The translations under genes and the position numbers were made by a program. A DNA stretch of 64,000 nt from an uncultured Chloroflexia bacterium (GTDB lineage Bacteria > Chloroflexota > Anaerolineae > Anaerolineales > Anaerolineaceae): positions 1,496,871 to 1,560,870 of the forward strand of contig OY969578.1 of assembly GCA_963701225.1 (NCBI GenBank), given 5' to 3'. Below are positions 1-9,833 of this stretch, one piece after another. Positions within the stretch are counted from its first letter, which is position 1. Every line of letters begins with the position of its first letter. The notes below the pieces were generated by a model. That model was not told the DNA's origin. It saw only the letters and a list, made by a program, of their open reading frames with translations, and did no database searches.

Positions 1-191
1 TTACCGCCTTTGGTGCCTTTGCCCAACTTGAGGAGTTTGGAGTGGAGGGGTTGATCCACCAGACTTCACTTCATCTGACCGACTCTTCTCCTGACCTGCA
101 TGAGGTTTTTTATGTCAACCAACCTGTGAATGTCATCATTCTTCAGATCGATTCCATTAAGCGTCGCCTGGGATTGAATCTCGTGAAATAA
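1..191 (+). CDS. 3' end of an S1 RNA-binding-domain protein (partial, start outside window)
   Basis: Frame 3 reads ..TAFGAFAQLEEFGVEGLIHQTSLHL..VNVIILQIDSIKRRLGLNLVK and stops at TAA 189-191. The GAF..L...GVEGLIH pattern is typical of S1/OB-fold domains. Confidence 0.55.
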   Translation, partial: TAFGAFAQLEEFGVEGLIHQTSLHLTDSSPDLHEVFYVNQPVNVIILQIDSIKRRLGLNLVK

Positions 192-228
192 GCTTTTCCG
201 CTGCAGTTGGCATATACATTGCTACTCG

Positions 229-2436
229 TTGGGGGAGAGAAACGTTATGACCTGGATAAAATCGGTTTATTTGCATATTGTTGATTTTTTTCGCAACTTT
301 AAAAGCTTTTACTGGGATATGGCAGGGATTGCCATGATCGCGCTGGCACTTATTTTGGGGCTTGGTTTTCTGGGCCTGACCAATGGTTCGATCATCACAC
401 CCCTCGTATTGGTGATTGCCAAATGGCTTGGCTGGGGCAGCGCAATCCTGGTAGTAGTGCTGGTTATGCTGGGCGTGCTTTCGATCCGTATACCTACCGG
501 ACAAGCTCCACACCCACGGCTGGTACGTGTTTTAGAGCTGGAGGGAGCATTCTTTTCCCTGTTGATGGTGCTGACGATCATCGGTGGCAGCTCGGTGGAC
601 CGGGCTGAAGCCGGTAAGGATGGGGGTATGATCGGTTGGGGGTTGATCCGATTATTATCAGATTTGCTGACACCCGTAGGGGCGATCCTGGTGACTATAT
701 TGCTTTTCATGATCTGCGTTCTGTTTGGTTTCGGACTTGAGTACCGTGTCTTTCTCCGTTTAGGTTGGTTATCTGCGGTTGAATCACAAAGACCCACATC
801 CCCTGTTGTGAGTATTGGGGAAGAGCCCATCCTGCCGGTCACGCCTGTCATCCAACAGGTTGGGGACCGTAAAGAGAGCCCAACCTCTGTCAGACAAAAG
901 GTTAAACGCGGCAACTCGGGAGTAATCCCGGTTAATTCGACTGCCGAAGGTAATTCCGCTGCACGACATACATCCTTTGCAACAAACCGCGATCGCAGCC
1001 TTCCACCATTAACCCTCCTGCTGGGCGACACAAGCAATCGTGCAGATGAACGCCATATCAACATGACGGCTGCATTGATCGAAAAAACCCTGGCTGAATT
1101 TGGGGTACCCGCGAAAGTGGTTGGTTATCGCACCGGTCCTACTGTTACACAATTCGCAGTCGAACCCGGTTTCATCGAACGGCCCGGTACGAATGGTGAG
1201 GGGGCATCCCAGAAAGTTCGCGTGGCTCAGATCTCTGTCCTCAGTCGAGATCTGGCACTGGCGCTCAGCGCCCGTCAGCTGCGCATCGAGGCGCCTGTTC
1301 CGGGGCGTTCCTATGTCGGGATCGAAGTCCCCAACAGCCGCTCGACTCAAGTGAGGTTGCGCTCCATTCTTGAATCTGACGCTTTCCGACGCATGCGTTC
1401 CCCTCTGGCGATCGCGTTAGGGCGTGATGTCTCCGGGCAACCGGTGGTGGCTGACCTGTCGAATATGCCACATCTGCTCATCGCTGGCACGACCGGTTCT
1501 GGTAAATCTGTTTGTATCGCTGCATTGACCACTTGCCTGGTGATGGGCAATACTCCTGAGGAACTACGCCTGATCATGATCGATCCAAAGCGGGTCGAGT
1601 TGGTGAGGTTTAACAACCTGCCGCATCTGTATGGGAAGGTCGAGACAGATTTGGAACGCATCCTGATCGTTTTGCGTTGGGTTGTGAATGAAATGGAACG
1701 CCGTTACAAGCTGCTTGAAGATATGCGCGCCAAGGATATTGATGTGTACAACCAGAAAATTGACCTCCGGGAAACCGAGAAGCTACCGCGCCTGGTTGTT
1801 TTGATCGACGAATTGGCGGATCTGATGATGTCGGCACCGGTCGAGGCTGAGCAGATGCTCACGCGTCTGGCTCAAAAAGCACGTGCAACAGGTATTCACC
1901 TGGTGGTCGCCACTCAGCGCCCAAGCACAGAGGTTGTCACCGGGGTCATCAAAGCCAATTTCCCGGCCCGAATCTCCTTTGCAACCGCCTCTTCAATCGA
2001 TTCACGTGTCATCCTCGATACCACCGGTGCTGAAGACCTTTTAGGACGGGGAGACATGCTTTATCTGAACCCGGAGACCGGAGCTCCTCTACGCTCGCAG
2101 GGTGTTTTGGTGACAGATGAAGAAGTGGATCGCATCATAGCTTACTGGCAGGAAAACACACCCCGCGACGATGTGAGTGCCCCCTGGGAAGGGCTCGCGG
2201 TTGAAGAGGAAGATACCGGCAGTGACGCTTTGATTGCCAGGGCGGTCGATCTGGTGCGTCATTATGAGCGCGCCAGTGCCTCGCTCCTGCAGCGCCGACT
2301 GCGCATAGGCTATCCACGGGCTGCCCGGTTAATGGACGAGTTGGAAGATATGGGTGTTGTGGGTCCCTCACTCGGTGGGGGTAAGGACCGGGAAGTATTA
2401 ATGACCGGCGCGGATGACTCTGACACCGAATCCTAG
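229..2436 (+). CDS. ftsK: DNA translocase FtsK/SpoIIIE
   Basis: N-terminal hydrophobic helices, Walker A GTTGSGKS, the VVLIDELADLMM/ATQRPS motor motifs, and a C-terminal gamma-type winged helix (LLQRRLRIGYPRAARLMDELE). The exact start is uncertain (ATG 247 is also possible). Confidence 0.9.
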   Translation: MGERNVMTWIKSVYLHIVDFFRNFKSFYWDMAGIAMIALALILGLGFLGLTNGSIITPLVLVIAKWLGWGSAILVVVLVMLGVLSIRIPTGQAPHPRLVRVLELEGAFFSLLMVLTIIGGSSVDRAEAGKDGGMIGWGLIRLLSDLLTPVGAILVTILLFMICVLFGFGLEYRVFLRLGWLSAVESQRPTSPVVSIGEEPILPVTPVIQQVGDRKESPTSVRQKVKRGNSGVIPVNSTAEGNSAARHTSFATNRDRSLPPLTLLLGDTSNRADERHINMTAALIEKTLAEFGVPAKVVGYRTGPTVTQFAVEPGFIERPGTNGEGASQKVRVAQISVLSRDLALALSARQLRIEAPVPGRSYVGIEVPNSRSTQVRLRSILESDAFRRMRSPLAIALGRDVSGQPVVADLSNMPHLLIAGTTGSGKSVCIAALTTCLVMGNTPEELRLIMIDPKRVELVRFNNLPHLYGKVETDLERILIVLRWVVNEMERRYKLLEDMRAKDIDVYNQKIDLRETEKLPRLVVLIDELADLMMSAPVEAEQMLTRLAQKARATGIHLVVATQRPSTEVVTGVIKANFPARISFATASSIDSRVILDTTGAEDLLGRGDMLYLNPETGAPLRSQGVLVTDEEVDRIIAYWQENTPRDDVSAPWEGLAVEEEDTGSDALIARAVDLVRHYERASASLLQRRLRIGYPRAARLMDELEDMGVVGPSLGGGKDREVLMTGADDSDTES

Positions 2437-2439
2437 AGT

Positions 2440-3165
2440 TTGAACTTGACAGGCATCCTTCTGTACGATAGCATAGGCAGCAATTATCTCATGCGCAAAC
2501 AACGAATAACAAATCCTGATCCAATAAAGAGAGGTCACTTCCATTCGCTGGATGAATGGTTCCGTGCAACCTTTAAAGGATTTTTGGACACTCTGGCAGA
2601 TTTTTTCAACAGGATCGGGGTACAACCCAACACGATGACCATAATGGGTCTGGTGGGTACGATTGCCGGAAGCGTGTTGTTGGGTTTCAGACAACTGACC
2701 ATAGGCGGTTTTATCATTCTGATCAGTGGAATATTTGACGCCCTGGATGGCTCCATGGCGAGGTTGCGTAACGAGCCCACCCGCTTCGGAGCTTTCGTGG
2801 ATTCGGTCAGCGATCGGTATTCTGACTTGAGTATTTTTGCCGGTCTGATGGCATATTTCATCCAGAAACAGGACTGGTTGGCTTGTGGTGTTTTGTATGC
2901 CGCAGCGGTCGGAACGGTAATGGTTTCCTATGTCAGAGCACGGGCTGAGAGCCTGAGCTATACTGCCAAGGTCGGTATATTAAGCCGCGTGGAACGTTAC
3001 CTGGTGATCGTCCCCGGTCTTGTGTTTAACATCCCACTGGTATCTGTCTGGATCATAGCAATTTTTGCCAATTTCACCGCGTTTCAGCGTATCTGGCACG
3101 TACGTAAGCAGGCGCTTGGTCTGATCCAACCGGATCAGACGACACCGGTTGAAAAGTTGAAATAA
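2440..3165 (+). CDS. CDP-alcohol phosphatidyltransferase family protein (PgsA-like)
   Basis: Has the DALDGSMAR..G.FVDSVSDRY motif (D-x2-DG-x2-AR..G-x3-D-x3-D) and is multi-TM. The track start is TTG. ATG 2491 (MRKQRI..) is an alternative start. Confidence 0.75.
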   Translation: MNLTGILLYDSIGSNYLMRKQRITNPDPIKRGHFHSLDEWFRATFKGFLDTLADFFNRIGVQPNTMTIMGLVGTIAGSVLLGFRQLTIGGFIILISGIFDALDGSMARLRNEPTRFGAFVDSVSDRYSDLSIFAGLMAYFIQKQDWLACGVLYAAAVGTVMVSYVRARAESLSYTAKVGILSRVERYLVIVPGLVFNIPLVSVWIIAIFANFTAFQRIWHVRKQALGLIQPDQTTPVEKLK

Positions 3166-3218
3166 TCCATTACAATATAAGAACTTAAAGATCCTAAAGC
3201 AAGCAAGGAGAAAGAAGA

Positions 3219-4205
3219 ATGCCTAATGGTTTCACGATTTTCGGTTTTAAGATCTATTTCTATGGCATCCTGATCATGCTGGGTGCTCTGGCAGCGGCAT
3301 TCCTCGCTGCCCACCAGGCAAAAAAGCGCGGTCAGAATCCCGATATCATCTGGGATGTATTTGCCTGGGTGTTGATCGGCGGTATCGTTGGCGCGCGCCT
3401 GTGGCATGTCCTCACCCCACCACCCTCCATGGTGGAACAGGGTATCACTACCATATATTACCTGACCCATCCGTTGGAAATGCTCAGGTTCAGAGCCGGG
3501 GGGCTGGGTATCCCGGGTGCGGTCATTGGCGGTGGTCTGGCATTATTCATTTACACCCGCAGGAAGAAACTTGATTTTGGTATGTGGGCGGATTTCATTG
3601 CACCTGGCCTGGCTCTGGCGCAAGCCATCGGACGCTGGGGTAATTTCTTCAACCAGGAAGTTTACGGCAAGCCTTCGACCCTGCCGTGGGCAATCACCAT
3701 TGACCCCGAGTACCGCCTGCCGGAATTCCGCATATTTTCTACTTATCATCCGTTGTTCCTGTATGAATGTATCTGGAACCTGATGAATATGGGCTTGCTG
3801 TTGTATCTGGGAAAGCGGTTGGTGAACTGGCTTAAGAATGGTGACTTGTTCCTTATTTACCTGATGGTTTACGGTGTGGGACGCTTCCTGCTGGAATTTT
3901 TACGCCTGGATTCCTCGCAGGTGGCCGGTATCAACGCCAACCAGACCCTCATGGCGGTGGTTGCATTGGTCTCTACGGGGTTATTCCTGTGGCGCCATAG
4001 TAAATATTCAGACGTCTCGAAGAAAAAACAGATGGCTGAAAACCAGGTAAAAACTGCTGAAGCAAAGATGGACAGTACTGCCAGGGTGGATACTTCCAGG
4101 CTCAGGGCAGCCACGACAACGAAAACATCAACAACAAAATTAAAAACAACCGTACTAAAAAAAGTTAAACCAAAGACTGCTCCCAAAAAGACAGTTAAAC
4201 CTTAA
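3219..4205 (+). CDS. lgt: prolipoprotein diacylglyceryl transferase with a K/T/P-rich C-terminal tail
   Basis: Has the GRWGNFFNQEVYG signature and a polytopic architecture. A GGAG RBS lies upstream of ATG 3219. The last ~60 aa are a low-complexity basic tail. Confidence 0.9.
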   Translation: MPNGFTIFGFKIYFYGILIMLGALAAAFLAAHQAKKRGQNPDIIWDVFAWVLIGGIVGARLWHVLTPPPSMVEQGITTIYYLTHPLEMLRFRAGGLGIPGAVIGGGLALFIYTRRKKLDFGMWADFIAPGLALAQAIGRWGNFFNQEVYGKPSTLPWAITIDPEYRLPEFRIFSTYHPLFLYECIWNLMNMGLLLYLGKRLVNWLKNGDLFLIYLMVYGVGRFLLEFLRLDSSQVAGINANQTLMAVVALVSTGLFLWRHSKYSDVSKKKQMAENQVKTAEAKMDSTARVDTSRLRAATTTKTSTTKLKTTVLKKVKPKTAPKKTVKP

Positions 4206-4218
4206 TCAAATTTGAGAG

Positions 4219-4998
4219 ATGGGGCAGGGTAACCTGCCCCTTTTAATCATTATGGCGAAGATTACCATTCTTGGATCATCCGCAGCCGTCCCGGATGCTG
4301 CACATGCCAACAGCCAGTTATTGGTTACGTTGAAGGACACTTGTACATTGATCGACTGCGGAGACTCCACCTATTTACGGTTGGTGGCCGCAGGGATCGG
4401 TATTGACCAGGTTACTGACCTGATCCTGACCCATTTCCATCCCGACCATGTCGGCGGGCTGCCGGCCTTGCTGATCACGCTATGGTTACTCAAGCGCCAG
4501 ACACAGCTGGTCATCCATGGGTTGGAGGATACGCTTGACCGTGCCGAAGCTATGATGAAACTCTATAAATGGGAGACCTGGAAAGGTTTTTACCCCGTCA
4601 ACTTCCACCGCCTGAAGGCGGAGGAACTCACTTCGGTGATCATCACAGACGAATGGAAGGTGGTCGCTTCACCGGTTTGCCACCTGATCCCCACTATTGG
4701 GTTGCGTATGGAGTTCGCAAGCGGTAGTATTGCAACCTATTCCTCCGACACCGAGCCCTGCGCGGCGGTGATGCGTCTTGGCAAAGAAGCCGACCTTCTG
4801 CTGCATGAGTCGGTTGGTGAGACGCGCGGTCATTCCTCCGGCGTCCAGGCGGCTGACATTGCGCGCCAGGCGGAAGCGAAACGGTTGGTCTTGATCCATT
4901 ACCCGGCCGAAAAAAGCACCGAGCTGCTCAATGAGGCGCGCACCGAATTCGCTGGTGAAGTCACGCTGGCGGAGGATGGGGCAGTATACGAAGTGTAG
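4219..4998 (+). CDS. MBL-fold metallo-hydrolase (RNase Z-like)
   Basis: Has the HFHPDHVGG (HxHxDH) motif plus downstream D/H metal ligands. The likely real start is MAKITILG at 4252. Confidence 0.75.
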   Translation: MGQGNLPLLIIMAKITILGSSAAVPDAAHANSQLLVTLKDTCTLIDCGDSTYLRLVAAGIGIDQVTDLILTHFHPDHVGGLPALLITLWLLKRQTQLVIHGLEDTLDRAEAMMKLYKWETWKGFYPVNFHRLKAEELTSVIITDEWKVVASPVCHLIPTIGLRMEFASGSIATYSSDTEPCAAVMRLGKEADLLLHESVGETRGHSSGVQAADIARQAEAKRLVLIHYPAEKSTELLNEARTEFAGEVTLAEDGAVYEV

Positions 4999-5004
4999 GG
5001 GGGA

Positions 5005-5517
5005 TTACCAGCCGGTGATAAAGGGTTCCCACTCGGAATTTGCTTCGAGATGCCGCCCGAAAACATAGGCGGCAGAAGCCGGTGGTTCCTTGGGCTGGTG
5101 CAGGAGTTTCATGCGAGCTTCTACGAGCGTTCGCCCGCCCTTGTGATGATTGCAGGCGGAACAGGCAGTTACGACATTGTTCCACACATGCTCGCCTCCC
5201 ATGTGGCGTGGGGTGACGTGGTCGATGGTCAGGGTGGAGGCGCGCCGGCCACAGTACTGGCAGGTTGCATGATCGCGGCGGAAGACCTCGCGTCGGGTCA
5301 GCTTGACCCGCGGGCGGGGGTGCTTGATCTGGTTTTCTAGACGGATGACGGAGGGTAAATCGAACAGGGCATTGACCGTGCGGATTTTGCCACGTCCGTT
5401 GACCATCAGGCGGGCTTTTTCAGAGAATATCATGCCCAAAGCCCGGCGGACGTCGCACACGTTGAGGGGTTCATAGTTTGCATTCAGGACCAACACTGGG
5501 GCTCCAAGTCCGTCCAT
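5005..5517 (-). CDS. HNH endonuclease
   Basis: Contains CQYCG..IDHVTPRHMGGEHVWNNVVTACSACNHHKG, i.e. an HNH beta-beta-alpha-metal motif with CxxC pairs. Confidence 0.8.
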   Translation of the reverse strand: MDGLGAPVLVLNANYEPLNVCDVRRALGMIFSEKARLMVNGRGKIRTVNALFDLPSVIRLENQIKHPRPRVKLTRREVFRRDHATCQYCGRRASTLTIDHVTPRHMGGEHVWNNVVTACSACNHHKGGRTLVEARMKLLHQPKEPPASAAYVFGRHLEANSEWEPFITGW

Positions 5518-5751
5518 AAGTTCCGATTATAACAGCATTAACACAGGCTAGATTGGGTGGAATCCGAAATAAATCGGGATTTCACCTGAAGGGGGCTGCG
5601 CTGACCTACCGAAAATGAAGGCTATGGAAAGTTACCCTACGAGCTTCACAATTTATACAGGATCAAAATAATGATCCGTAAAACTGTCACCAGGGGGAAA
5701 TAGCTCAACGAGCTTGCGATGGAATTATCAGATGCAAATACGAGTGTAAGG

Positions 5752-7071
5752 TTAACCCGATGTGTCGTTCCTATTGTTGAGGAGTTGAAATGAGCCATCG
5801 GTCTTCATAACTCTTATTTGCATGACTGCCCAGGTCATCAGGATCAGGTTCAATACCAATCCACGCAAACCCGTCGCCAGATCCAACCAAACGGCGATAC
5901 CGGCTGGCAGATAGCCTGCCTGGGCTAGTGCCGCCAGCAGGTAAGTGATCAGCAACACGCCGGTAGGCAGGAATACCCACAACAGAAGCAATTTATTTGG
6001 CAGGCGTTTCTGGAGGGTCAGCAGGAGCAACGGTGGGATCAGGATGATCGACATGGAAAAATGTGCATGCCAGGCAAGCATACAGGTTGCGGCAAACAGA
6101 CCGAGGAAGATGATCATGGAACGGGTCGTATCCCCGGGTTTAAATCTCATAGCAAGATAAAGAGCTGCGACAGCCGTGATCGCTGATCCCACGATGAGAA
6201 CGATTCTGCCATACAAAGGTGTGACGAAGTTCGTAAGGTTCAGATCAAGCATGCGCCAATTCATCATGATCTCTGCGTTGCTTGCAGCGCCACCATGGGC
6301 TGAACCGGTGAGTATTTCCCACCAGCCTTGCAATCCGGTCATTCCAGCCATGCCATACGAGATCGCCAGCAGTGCAAGGGTGGCGGAAAGAAGGCCTGCC
6401 AGGGCTTTCCAGGAACGGCTAGCGAGCAGGAACGGTGCAATCAGGATCAGGAGCTGGGGTTTGATCAACCAGCCGCCCAGCCAAAGACCGGCGCGAAACG
6501 GCCTGTTGGAATGATAAGAGCGTAAAAATTCACCGGCACAGATGCCCAGGAAGATATTAATCTGACCCAAGAAAAGGTTTTGAAAAATCGGCAGGGAGAG
6601 CAGCAGCAGGAACAATAATCTGAGCGGTAGTGGTTGACCGTTCATTTTCCGGGAAAAGAAACGCAGGTACAGGCTGAACCCCACCAGGTTTACCAATGTC
6701 CAAATCCAGTATCCGGTTTGGAGGTTGATGAGCGCGAACAATTGGAAAGGGAGCACGAAAACCGGCAAATAGACATAAGGCACACTATGGAAACTGGTTG
6801 GATCGCTGGCCGCTATAGGAAAGATGGATTTCTGAACCTGGGCAAACAGATTTGGATTGTAGAGATGTGCATAGCCAACCGTGTTGCTGAGCTTCCCGGC
6901 GCTCCAATAGGCGCAATAATCCACAGCCAGATTACCGCAGAAATTCCGATTGAACAGGTCAAAACCGAATTGGAGGATATAAAAAGACAGAACCGCTGCC
7001 AGCCCAAGGTTGATCCAGGCTTCAGATGTCAAGTTCTGAAAGGGCAGAGAGCGTTTTTTCTTCGTTAACAT
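5752..7071 (-). CDS. polytopic membrane protein, GT87/DUF2029-like (putative glycosyltransferase)
   Basis: A 439-aa ORF with many hydrophobic helices. It shares motifs with its neighbour (NLAVDYCxYW, VYLPVFVxPFQ, RAGLWLGGxLxKP, MMNWRML). The family name is from memory, not searched. Confidence 0.5.
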   Translation of the reverse strand: MLTKKKRSLPFQNLTSEAWINLGLAAVLSFYILQFGFDLFNRNFCGNLAVDYCAYWSAGKLSNTVGYAHLYNPNLFAQVQKSIFPIAASDPTSFHSVPYVYLPVFVLPFQLFALINLQTGYWIWTLVNLVGFSLYLRFFSRKMNGQPLPLRLLFLLLLSLPIFQNLFLGQINIFLGICAGEFLRSYHSNRPFRAGLWLGGWLIKPQLLILIAPFLLASRSWKALAGLLSATLALLAISYGMAGMTGLQGWWEILTGSAHGGAASNAEIMMNWRMLDLNLTNFVTPLYGRIVLIVGSAITAVAALYLAMRFKPGDTTRSMIIFLGLFAATCMLAWHAHFSMSIILIPPLLLLTLQKRLPNKLLLLWVFLPTGVLLITYLLAALAQAGYLPAGIAVWLDLATGLRGLVLNLILMTWAVMQIRVMKTDGSFQLLNNRNDTSG

Positions 7072-7241
7072 CAGCGGGTGGCTATGATTACGGTTAATGA
7101 ATTATAAGCGATACCGAGGGTGCTATCATTGTATGCGTAGGTAAAGATGAGATCGTTGGCCTGCATGGATTAATAACGATACGGATTGTATAGGGCAGCG
7201 GACGAATTAGTCTCCGAACGGATACTCTGGAATAGTGTTTC

Positions 7242-8576
7242 CTAACCGGCAACAGGAACCGGGATCTGATCGGGGGTTTTTCCGCGCCGGCACTCAAACA
7301 CCGCCCAGATCAGGATGACCAGGTTCAGGATCAATGCTGGCACGCCTGTCTGCAATAAAATGAGGGTACTAACCCATGGAGCAAAATGCGTGGTAATCGC
7401 AAGAATAAGGTTTGCGATGTTGAAGAAGACAGGTGAGAAGACCCATATTTTGAATATACGCTCGGCCGACCGGCTCTTAAGACTGAGATAGACGAACAAA
7501 GGTAGAAACATGACTGTTTGGGGGGCATGCGCATGCCAGGTAACGGCTCCGGTTGCAGCCAGGATACCAAGGAACGCCAGGATAGATTTGAATTGATCCG
7601 GCAGGTAGGATTTCCTGGTGATGAACCAGGTCGCGATGAGGGTCAGGGATGTTCCGATAATCACGACTGCCCGGCCGAGTGTTGCCGATACGAATCCAGT
7701 CAGATGCACACCCAACATGCGCCAATTCATCATGATGATCGGCATACTGGCGCTACCCCCTTGGGCAGAATCCAAATAAACCTGAAACAGAGCCTGGAAT
7801 CCCGTTGCTCCGATCATCGCGAATGAGAGGATGAGGGTTATAACCGCAACCAGGGAAAAGCTTATCAAGGTTTTATACGACCGGTGAAGGAGCAAGAACG
7901 GCAGGATGAGGATCAAAAAAAGTGGCTTGAGCAGAAGACCCCCCAGCCATAACCCGGCACGCAGAGGTTTACCTGTAACATTTGCACGGATGAATTCACC
8001 GATACTTATCATGAGTAATAAGTTCGTCTGACCTCCAAATAAATTATTGAAAAACGGTATCGATAAAATCGACATAAAAAGCAATCTCATCGGTGGTGGA
8101 CTGCCGGTCATCGATCGAGCGAAGAACCGCAGGTAGAGAAAAGCCCCGGCAATGTTGATCAAGGTCCAAACAATAAAACTGGTCCGTAAATCAAGAAATG
8201 AGAGGATCTGGAATGGGAACACGAATACCGGCAGATAAACAAAAGGAATAGTACGATCTTTAATGGATTGAGCATCGCCACTCGTAAAGAAGACGCTTTC
8301 TGATTGGTAGATAAGTGTCTGGTCATAGATGCTTGCATAACCATGGGTTGTGCTAAGCCTGCCGACTGTCCAATAGGTACAGTAGTCGACTGCCAGATTG
8401 ATACACAGCTTGCTTTTCATTTGGTCAGAAATGATCTGGAGCAGGTAAAAGAGTGCCATGACCACCAGCACAAGATTGACCCATGCCCCCGGGGCCATAT
8501 TCTGAAACGGCAATGTATGTTTTGTTTTAACCATGTCCTGATATTTGTGGAAATTGTTGGTTATGAATGGGCCCAT
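7242..8576 (-). CDS. polytopic membrane protein, GT87/DUF2029-like (paralog of 5752-7071)
   Basis: A 444-aa ORF that is colinear with the neighbouring ORF over its full length. Confidence 0.5.
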   Translation of the reverse strand: MGPFITNNFHKYQDMVKTKHTLPFQNMAPGAWVNLVLVVMALFYLLQIISDQMKSKLCINLAVDYCTYWTVGRLSTTHGYASIYDQTLIYQSESVFFTSGDAQSIKDRTIPFVYLPVFVFPFQILSFLDLRTSFIVWTLINIAGAFLYLRFFARSMTGSPPPMRLLFMSILSIPFFNNLFGGQTNLLLMISIGEFIRANVTGKPLRAGLWLGGLLLKPLFLILILPFLLLHRSYKTLISFSLVAVITLILSFAMIGATGFQALFQVYLDSAQGGSASMPIIMMNWRMLGVHLTGFVSATLGRAVVIIGTSLTLIATWFITRKSYLPDQFKSILAFLGILAATGAVTWHAHAPQTVMFLPLFVYLSLKSRSAERIFKIWVFSPVFFNIANLILAITTHFAPWVSTLILLQTGVPALILNLVILIWAVFECRRGKTPDQIPVPVAG

Positions 8577-8892
8577 TTTATCAACAAACGGGTTGTTTCA
8601 CAAATTAATCGATGACAGGCGTACGCTATTTTACAAGGAATTATCACGGATAGATCCATGACCTCTCAATAAATCTCCCCAGTACAGGGATAGAATTGAA
8701 CCTTGCTCAATAAAATAACCAAGATCAGCCTGGACGACACACGCATGACCTATAATATTGACATTGCTCTTGCCCCTTTTTTAACAGCTTCCCCATTTAA
8801 TAGATTGCATGAGAGGCTCTGCTTTGCATCGCCCCAGTGTGGGGAGGCTATTTAAAAAATGATGTGCAAGTTATTGGACGTGTTACAATTAT

Positions 8893-9474
8893 TTGTTTTG
8901 CGAGAATATAATGAAAAGATACACTCTTATATTCAGTTTTATCGATACTCCATCTGTGGTCGATAGTCCGAGAGAGTTAGTCGAGAATATCCTGTTGCAT
9001 CTTCACCCACGGATCATCTATAAAATTGGTCGCGTCACAGCTACCGGCGATCGAAGGCTGGTGGCTGAGGTTTCTGTTGATAAAAATGAAACCATGTTCG
9101 AAGCTCTGATTAAGATTGTTGAGGGGCGATCCCCACTAACCCTGAAGACTGTACGTTGGGGTTGGGTAGTGGATGATCCGCCTGACCCTACTTCTGGTAT
9201 AACCATCCTGAACTTGGATCGCAATCCATTCGCTGACCTTCCGGCGCAAGATGTCCCCACGCAATTCAAGTTTAATAATAAAAACCATCTTCATCCATTT
9301 TATTTCGATCAACATTTTAACAATCGCTTTTCTCGCAGCGATAGTCGGTCGCACCATCTTCAGGAATTCGGGATTAATGGATGGTATTACCATCGTTATT
9401 TTCATGCTCAGGTTATTTTCCATCAACAACATCCCTCTGAAGTTTTGGCATTATCCTCAACTAATTATCTGTGA
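8893..9474 (+). CDS. hypothetical protein (C-terminal third doubtful)
   Basis: ORF in a low-GC segment. The N-terminal ~120 aa look protein-like. The C-terminal part is low-complexity (H/F/N-rich) and overlaps ORF 9251-9676 in another frame. Confidence 0.3.
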   Translation: MFCENIMKRYTLIFSFIDTPSVVDSPRELVENILLHLHPRIIYKIGRVTATGDRRLVAEVSVDKNETMFEALIKIVEGRSPLTLKTVRWGWVVDDPPDPTSGITILNLDRNPFADLPAQDVPTQFKFNNKNHLHPFYFDQHFNNRFSRSDSRSHHLQEFGINGWYYHRYFHAQVIFHQQHPSEVLALSSTNYL

Positions 9475-9676
9475 TCAGTCATTGATTGTGACTTACTGGA
9501 TGGGCAGAAAGGTTATCGAGGTTGGGTGGGAGGATATCTGGGGAATCGATTATGCTGATCCGGTGTGCAAGGTGTATAACAAGCAGCAGACAGTCCATTT
9601 TATTCTGACAGATCAGATCAGTGGCAACCAGAAAAGGTTGATCCTTCGGTCCATTATATCGAAAGTTCACTTGTAA
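9251..9676 (+). CDS. hypothetical membrane protein (2 TM plus a small C-terminal domain), possibly the frameshifted continuation of 8893..
   Basis: Has hydrophobic segments (IFIHFISINILTIAFLAAIV, ITIVIFMLRLF) followed by a beta-rich tail. There is no convincing RBS at ATG 9251. Confidence 0.35.
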   Translation: MSPRNSSLIIKTIFIHFISINILTIAFLAAIVGRTIFRNSGLMDGITIVIFMLRLFSINNIPLKFWHYPQLIICDQSLIVTYWMGRKVIEVGWEDIWGIDYADPVCKVYNKQQTVHFILTDQISGNQKRLILRSIISKVHL

Positions 9677-9833
9677 TATGTGGAAGGAAAAATTAGCTAC
9701 CTTGTATACCGACACCCGGAAGCTCCTGCCGGGCTGAAGTGATAAATATAAGCTGACGTTACATATAACAGGACGAGTAGATTAGCAGAAAATAAATCAA
9801 ACCACAACAACGAAAACAAAATAGAGAATAAAT

